From positions 1-62,857 of IMG/VR virus record IMGVR_UViG_3300010293_000004: a DNA stretch of 62,857 bases; one strand, given 5' to 3'. A program made the position numbers and the translations under genes. Below the pieces are notes generated by a model that saw only the letters and a list, made by a program, of their open reading frames with translations, was not told where the DNA came from and did not search any database. Position 1 is the first letter of the stretch. Every line of letters starts with the position of its first letter. Origin of the DNA: a virus (lineage: Duplodnaviria > Caudoviricetes). Shown here piece after piece: positions 60,101 to 62,857 of the stretch.

Positions 60101-62234
60101 AGTTACTGGCGGAGCTTTAAGTAGTGTTACAGTTAATGCATCGAGTTTAACAACTGCAAACGCACAGATCAGCGGCGGTGCAATTACTGGTACACCAATC
60201 AGCGGAAGCACTGGTTCGTTTACATCATTGACTGCAGGTAGTGCAACATTTGGTAGCATCAATAATACACCAATTGGTAATGCAACTCCGTCAACAGGTG
60301 CATTTACAACCTTAACCGGTACAGATGTTACTGCAACAAACTTTGGTTCTGCTAACGTTGCAATCACAGGTGGTACAATTTCTGCAACACCAATCAGCGG
60401 AAGCACAGGTTCATTCACAGAGATGACAACTGCAAACGCACAGATCAGTGGTGGTGCAATTACTGGTACTCCAGTTAGCGGTTCGACTGTTAGTGCAACA
60501 GTTTTAACAACTGCAAATGCACAAGTTACTGGTGGTACAATTTCTGCAACACCAATCAGCGGAAGCACAGGTTCATTCACAGAGATGATAACTGCAAACG
60601 CACAGATCAGTGGTGGTGCAATCACATCAACACCAATCAGCGGCTCAACAGGTAGCTTCACAACCTTAACAGCAGCAAGTGCAGAGTTCAACAGCATCAA
60701 CAACACAGTAATCGGTAACATCACTCCGGCAAGCGGCTTCTTTACAACATTAAGCGCAACAGGTGGCATTACTGGTACATTACAAACTAACGCACAACCA
60801 AACGTAACATCAGTTGGTACATTAACATCGTTAGCAGTAACTGGTGAGACATCAAGCGGTTCGTTAGTAACAGGTAACGCACAAGTTACAGGTGGCGCAA
60901 TTACTAGTACTCCAGTAAGCGGTTCAACTGGTTCGTTCACAACATTAGCATCGAGTGGCGCAACAACATTAGCTGCAACAAGTGCAACAAGCTTAACAAC
61001 TTCGAACGCACAAGTTACAGGTGGTGCAATTACTGGTACATCAATCAGTGGCTCAACTGGTAACTTCACAACAATGACAACTGGCGACGCAGCAATTACA
61101 GGCGGCGCAATCAACGGTACAGTTATTGGGGGTATAACCCCAGCAGCAGCAAGCTTCACATCAGTGGCTGCTAACGGTCAATCAAACTTCACTGGTAACA
61201 TTGCAAGCACAAGCACAACAACTGGTACAATCGTTGTAACAGGTGGTGTTGGTGTAAGCGGTAACGTACACGTTGGTAAGTCATTAGTTGTTCACGGTAA
61301 CAATGTTAGCTACTTCGAAGGCAACGTACAAACTAAGTTATTCCAAGTTATTCCTGGTTCCGATCAAGTTCAAATTGGTAATGGTAACTTAGTAGTTGGT
61401 AGCACATTCACTGTTGCTGCAATAGACTCAATGATGGTTCCGGTTGGTACATTAGGACAACGTCCAACAGTTGGTACAGCAGGTATGCTACGTTACAACA
61501 GCACATACAACTACTTAGAGTACTTTGACGGAGCATCTTGGTTAAATACATCAACAGAGTTTACTGTTATCACCGACCAGCAGTTTACAGGTGACGGTAC
61601 AACAACTGAGTTTACTTTAACAGCAGCAGCAACAACTAACAGCGTACTCGTTAACATTAACGGTGTTGTTCAAGTCCCAGGCTTAGCATATAGCGTAGGT
61701 GGAACAACATTAACATTTACTGAAGCTCCAATATCAGGCGACTTAATTGATGTTAGAACATTAACAACAACACAGTCGATTAGCGGTTTAGCAGATGAGT
61801 CAGGTCAGAACCGTGTTGATCCAGATGCAGGTGGTTTACACTTCGTCACAGGCGTCACAGGCGTTACAGAGCGTGTAACAATTAGCTCAGACGGTAAGAT
61901 GAAGTTAATCAACGGTACTGTTCAAACATACGACGAAACTGGCGTGTCAGTTGGCACATCAGCAGTAGTAGTTGCAAGTTTTGCTAAGGCAGACTTCAGA
62001 ACCGGTAAGTTTGTAATTCAAGTATCAAACGGTGTACAGTTCGATGCATCCGAAGTATTAGTTGTTCACAACGGAACATCAGCAGACTACACAGAGTACG
62101 CTATTGTTTACACAGGTGTTAACCGTCTTGGCTCAGTAAGCGTAGCAATTAACGGTGCAAATGTTGAAGTGTCATATACTGGCGTATCATCAGGCAACAC
62201 AGTTAAAGTTAAGAAGGACTTAATTGCAGTCTAA
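57192..62234 (+). CDS. Long repetitive fibre-like protein, 1680 aa
   Basis: Many copies of an approximately 25-aa repeat, TANAQ(I/V)(S/T)GGAI..TPISGSTGSFT. Confidence 0.75.
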   Translation: MAVTRIKNNQIFDQTITAEKIQPGSLVGTLFNPNLTLNSNVVINGSLAVIGESSTVTSTNTYVNDPLVVFNNGYTGTPTYDVGILVNRNLNPSNAAWVWSESEGAFVGVMTTETGTTAGVINKSTYAALKVGSLAVVEGATLGNLSLSGNTLGSTNTNGNIVLDPNGTGTISVKSSILPDTTIAYDLGSADYKFRTLFTNVAKIGLGSTIGTNNDGDLLITPLGGDTIIANLSASGGTFSGTVISSNAQITGGSIGNTPISGSTGSFTALSASQDVTFNTTGAVTITPGTTGSISNMAGSFTTLASSGTTTLANISATSLSTANAQVTGGAITGTPISGSTGSFTTMTTANAQISGGAITNTPISGSTGSFNTMTTGNAQVTGGSITGVSTLAATDGTVTNLSSGNVALTGGTVAGVTITSSPISGSTGSFTTMTTANAQISGGAITNTPISGSTGSFTSLTAGSATFGSINNTPIGNATPSTGAFTTLSGGTTTLGDTSASSLASANVAITGGTIAATPISGSTGSFTTLASSGEASLTSVVTANAQVTGGAISNTPISGSTGAFTTVTTANAQVTGGAISNTPISGAAGTFTTMTTADAQVTGGSVTGLATLGATNGTVTNFASSNVAITGGLATGLATVSATNGSVTNFASSNVSVTGGAISGTPISGSTGAFTTITTGSIIVASLNDIVIGNVTPAAANFTTLGASGAVSFTGTTQSTDKDTGAVVIEGGLGVEKNVNLGGSLGVVGDAVIGGNLTVQGTVTSVNSTDVAISDVNLTLAKDATNAAQANGAGLTVAGAGATMVYSSTNDDWTFNKDVNIPNLGLTGDATVGGAVSAASASVTGQASVGLLVTANAQVTGGALTSLSNVESANGAFGNLSISNITIAGGDITADSLTTGNAQISGGAIAGTPVSGSTVSATVLTTANAQITGGAVTGTPISGSTGSFTTLTSSGETSVNSLVTANAQVTGGALSSVTVNASSLTTANAQISGGAITGTPISGSTGSFTSLTAGSATFGSINNTPIGNATPSTGAFTTLTGTDVTATNFGSANVAITGGTISATPISGSTGSFTEMTTANAQISGGAITGTPVSGSTVSATVLTTANAQVTGGTISATPISGSTGSFTEMITANAQISGGAITSTPISGSTGSFTTLTAASAEFNSINNTVIGNITPASGFFTTLSATGGITGTLQTNAQPNVTSVGTLTSLAVTGETSSGSLVTGNAQVTGGAITSTPVSGSTGSFTTLASSGATTLAATSATSLTTSNAQVTGGAITGTSISGSTGNFTTMTTGDAAITGGAINGTVIGGITPAAASFTSVAANGQSNFTGNIASTSTTTGTIVVTGGVGVSGNVHVGKSLVVHGNNVSYFEGNVQTKLFQVIPGSDQVQIGNGNLVVGSTFTVAAIDSMMVPVGTLGQRPTVGTAGMLRYNSTYNYLEYFDGASWLNTSTEFTVITDQQFTGDGTTTEFTLTAAATTNSVLVNINGVVQVPGLAYSVGGTTLTFTEAPISGDLIDVRTLTTTQSISGLADESGQNRVDPDAGGLHFVTGVTGVTERVTISSDGKMKLINGTVQTYDETGVSVGTSAVVVASFAKADFRTGKFVIQVSNGVQFDASEVLVVHNGTSADYTEYAIVYTGVNRLGSVSVAINGANVEVSYTGVSSGNTVKVKKDLIAV
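58536..60310 (+). repeat. 119-bp exact direct repeat inside the fibre gene (58536-58654 and 60192-60310)
   Basis: Identical acaccaatcagcggaagc...ggtgcatttacaac in both places. Confidence 0.85.
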
Positions 62235-62244
62235 ATAGCAGTAC

Positions 62245-62280
62245 AGAGTTAGTAGGGGGCCACCCTACTAACTCTCTTTT
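62245..62280 (+). terminator. Terminator-like hairpin
   Basis: 13-bp perfect stem agagttagtaggg/ccctactaactct followed by ctttt; TAAATA at 62232 lies just upstream. Confidence 0.7.
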
Positions 62281-62299
62281 ACCTTAGGGAGAATGAACT

Positions 62300-62857
62300 A
62301 TGGCAAATGAATATTTCGTAGTAAAAAATGGACTGGAAGTAGGTTCAGTAACAATTGATGCAACAACTGGTAATGTTAGTGTTCCGTCAGGAAGTCAAAT
62401 TGCAATTGGATCGGTTGTTATTTCTGGCGACCCAGTAGTACCAGCAAGTTTTGGTAATGTAGAAGTCACAGGTACAGGTTCGTTTACTGATGTTACAGTT
62501 TCTGGTAACTTAACAGTTAGTGGTACATCTACAACAGTTAATACAGCAACTTTAGATGTTGCAGACATTAACATCACTGTGGCTAAAAATGCTACAAACG
62601 CAGCTCAAGCAAACGGTGCTGGTCTTACAGCAGCAGGTGCAAACGCAACAATTACATATTCTGATTCAGATGATCGTTGGAATATGAACAAGGCATTAAT
62701 CGTTGCAACTGTATACGGTAACTTAACTGGCAACGTAACTGGCAACGTAACTGGCACAGCAGGTTCGTTGGCAACAACTCGTTACATCACATTATCTGGT
62801 GATGCAACAGGTAACGTTGGATTTAATGGTTCTGCTAACGTTGATATGACTGTTACA
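62300..62857 (+). CDS. Fibre-like protein, runs off window edge
   Basis: Not in the ORF track. GGGAG RBS; MANEYFVVKNGL...; shares the D.N.T.AK.ATNAAQANGAGLT.AGA module with the 1680-aa gene. Confidence 0.8.
   Translation, partial: MANEYFVVKNGLEVGSVTIDATTGNVSVPSGSQIAIGSVVISGDPVVPASFGNVEVTGTGSFTDVTVSGNLTVSGTSTTVNTATLDVADINITVAKNATNAAQANGAGLTAAGANATITYSDSDDRWNMNKALIVATVYGNLTGNVTGNVTGTAGSLATTRYITLSGDATGNVGFNGSANVDMTVT

Noticed and set aside
57764-61159. Long antisense ORFs (566 and 418 aa)
   Set aside because: These are shadows of the repetitive, codon-biased fibre gene; they mirror its repeats and have no expression signals.
1-62857. Genome-wide TAG reassignment (alternative genetic code)
   Set aside because: Standard-code ORFs tile the window densely, including a 4092-aa ORF with no internal TAG, and TAG appears to end three genes. 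Only local suppression is supported.

Overview
A 62.9-kb, AT-rich segment of a large T4-like (myovirus-type) phage genome. From left to right it holds: a glycosyltransferase-like cluster; a minus-strand baseplate/tail block (a 4092-aa gp7-like protein plus gp6-, gp25-, gp5-, hub-, gp53- and gp48-like genes); the late sigma factor gp55; gp47/gp46; an SDR and a radical SAM enzyme; a resolvase-like nuclease; a gp26-like chaperone; a tape-measure-like gene; the head module (gp20 to gp23); free-standing homing endonucleases; and fibre, Ig-domain and PKD-domain virion genes. Late promoters of the form (TA)TAAATA precede many genes. The most notable features are absent from the ORF track. (1) An amber-reading tRNA (anticodon CUA, 49702-49775, minus strand) sits about 1.3 kb upstream of a small minus-strand operon that appears doubly dependent on UAG read-through. 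The operon has an ATG-TTG-TAG leader whose read-through frame crosses a terminator hairpin and ends overlapping the next ATG, followed by a 126-codon gene with an in-frame TAG. (2) The prohead protease TAG stop is in frame with the scaffold gene. (3) A U_UUU_UUC -1 slippery site fuses the gp26-like gene to a start-less 76-codon frame, like lambda G/GT tail chaperones. (4) A roughly 630-nt, multi-domain structured non-coding region is followed by an A-rich tract and GAA-triloop DNA hairpins. All product calls rest on motifs and synteny read by eye; no searches were run.
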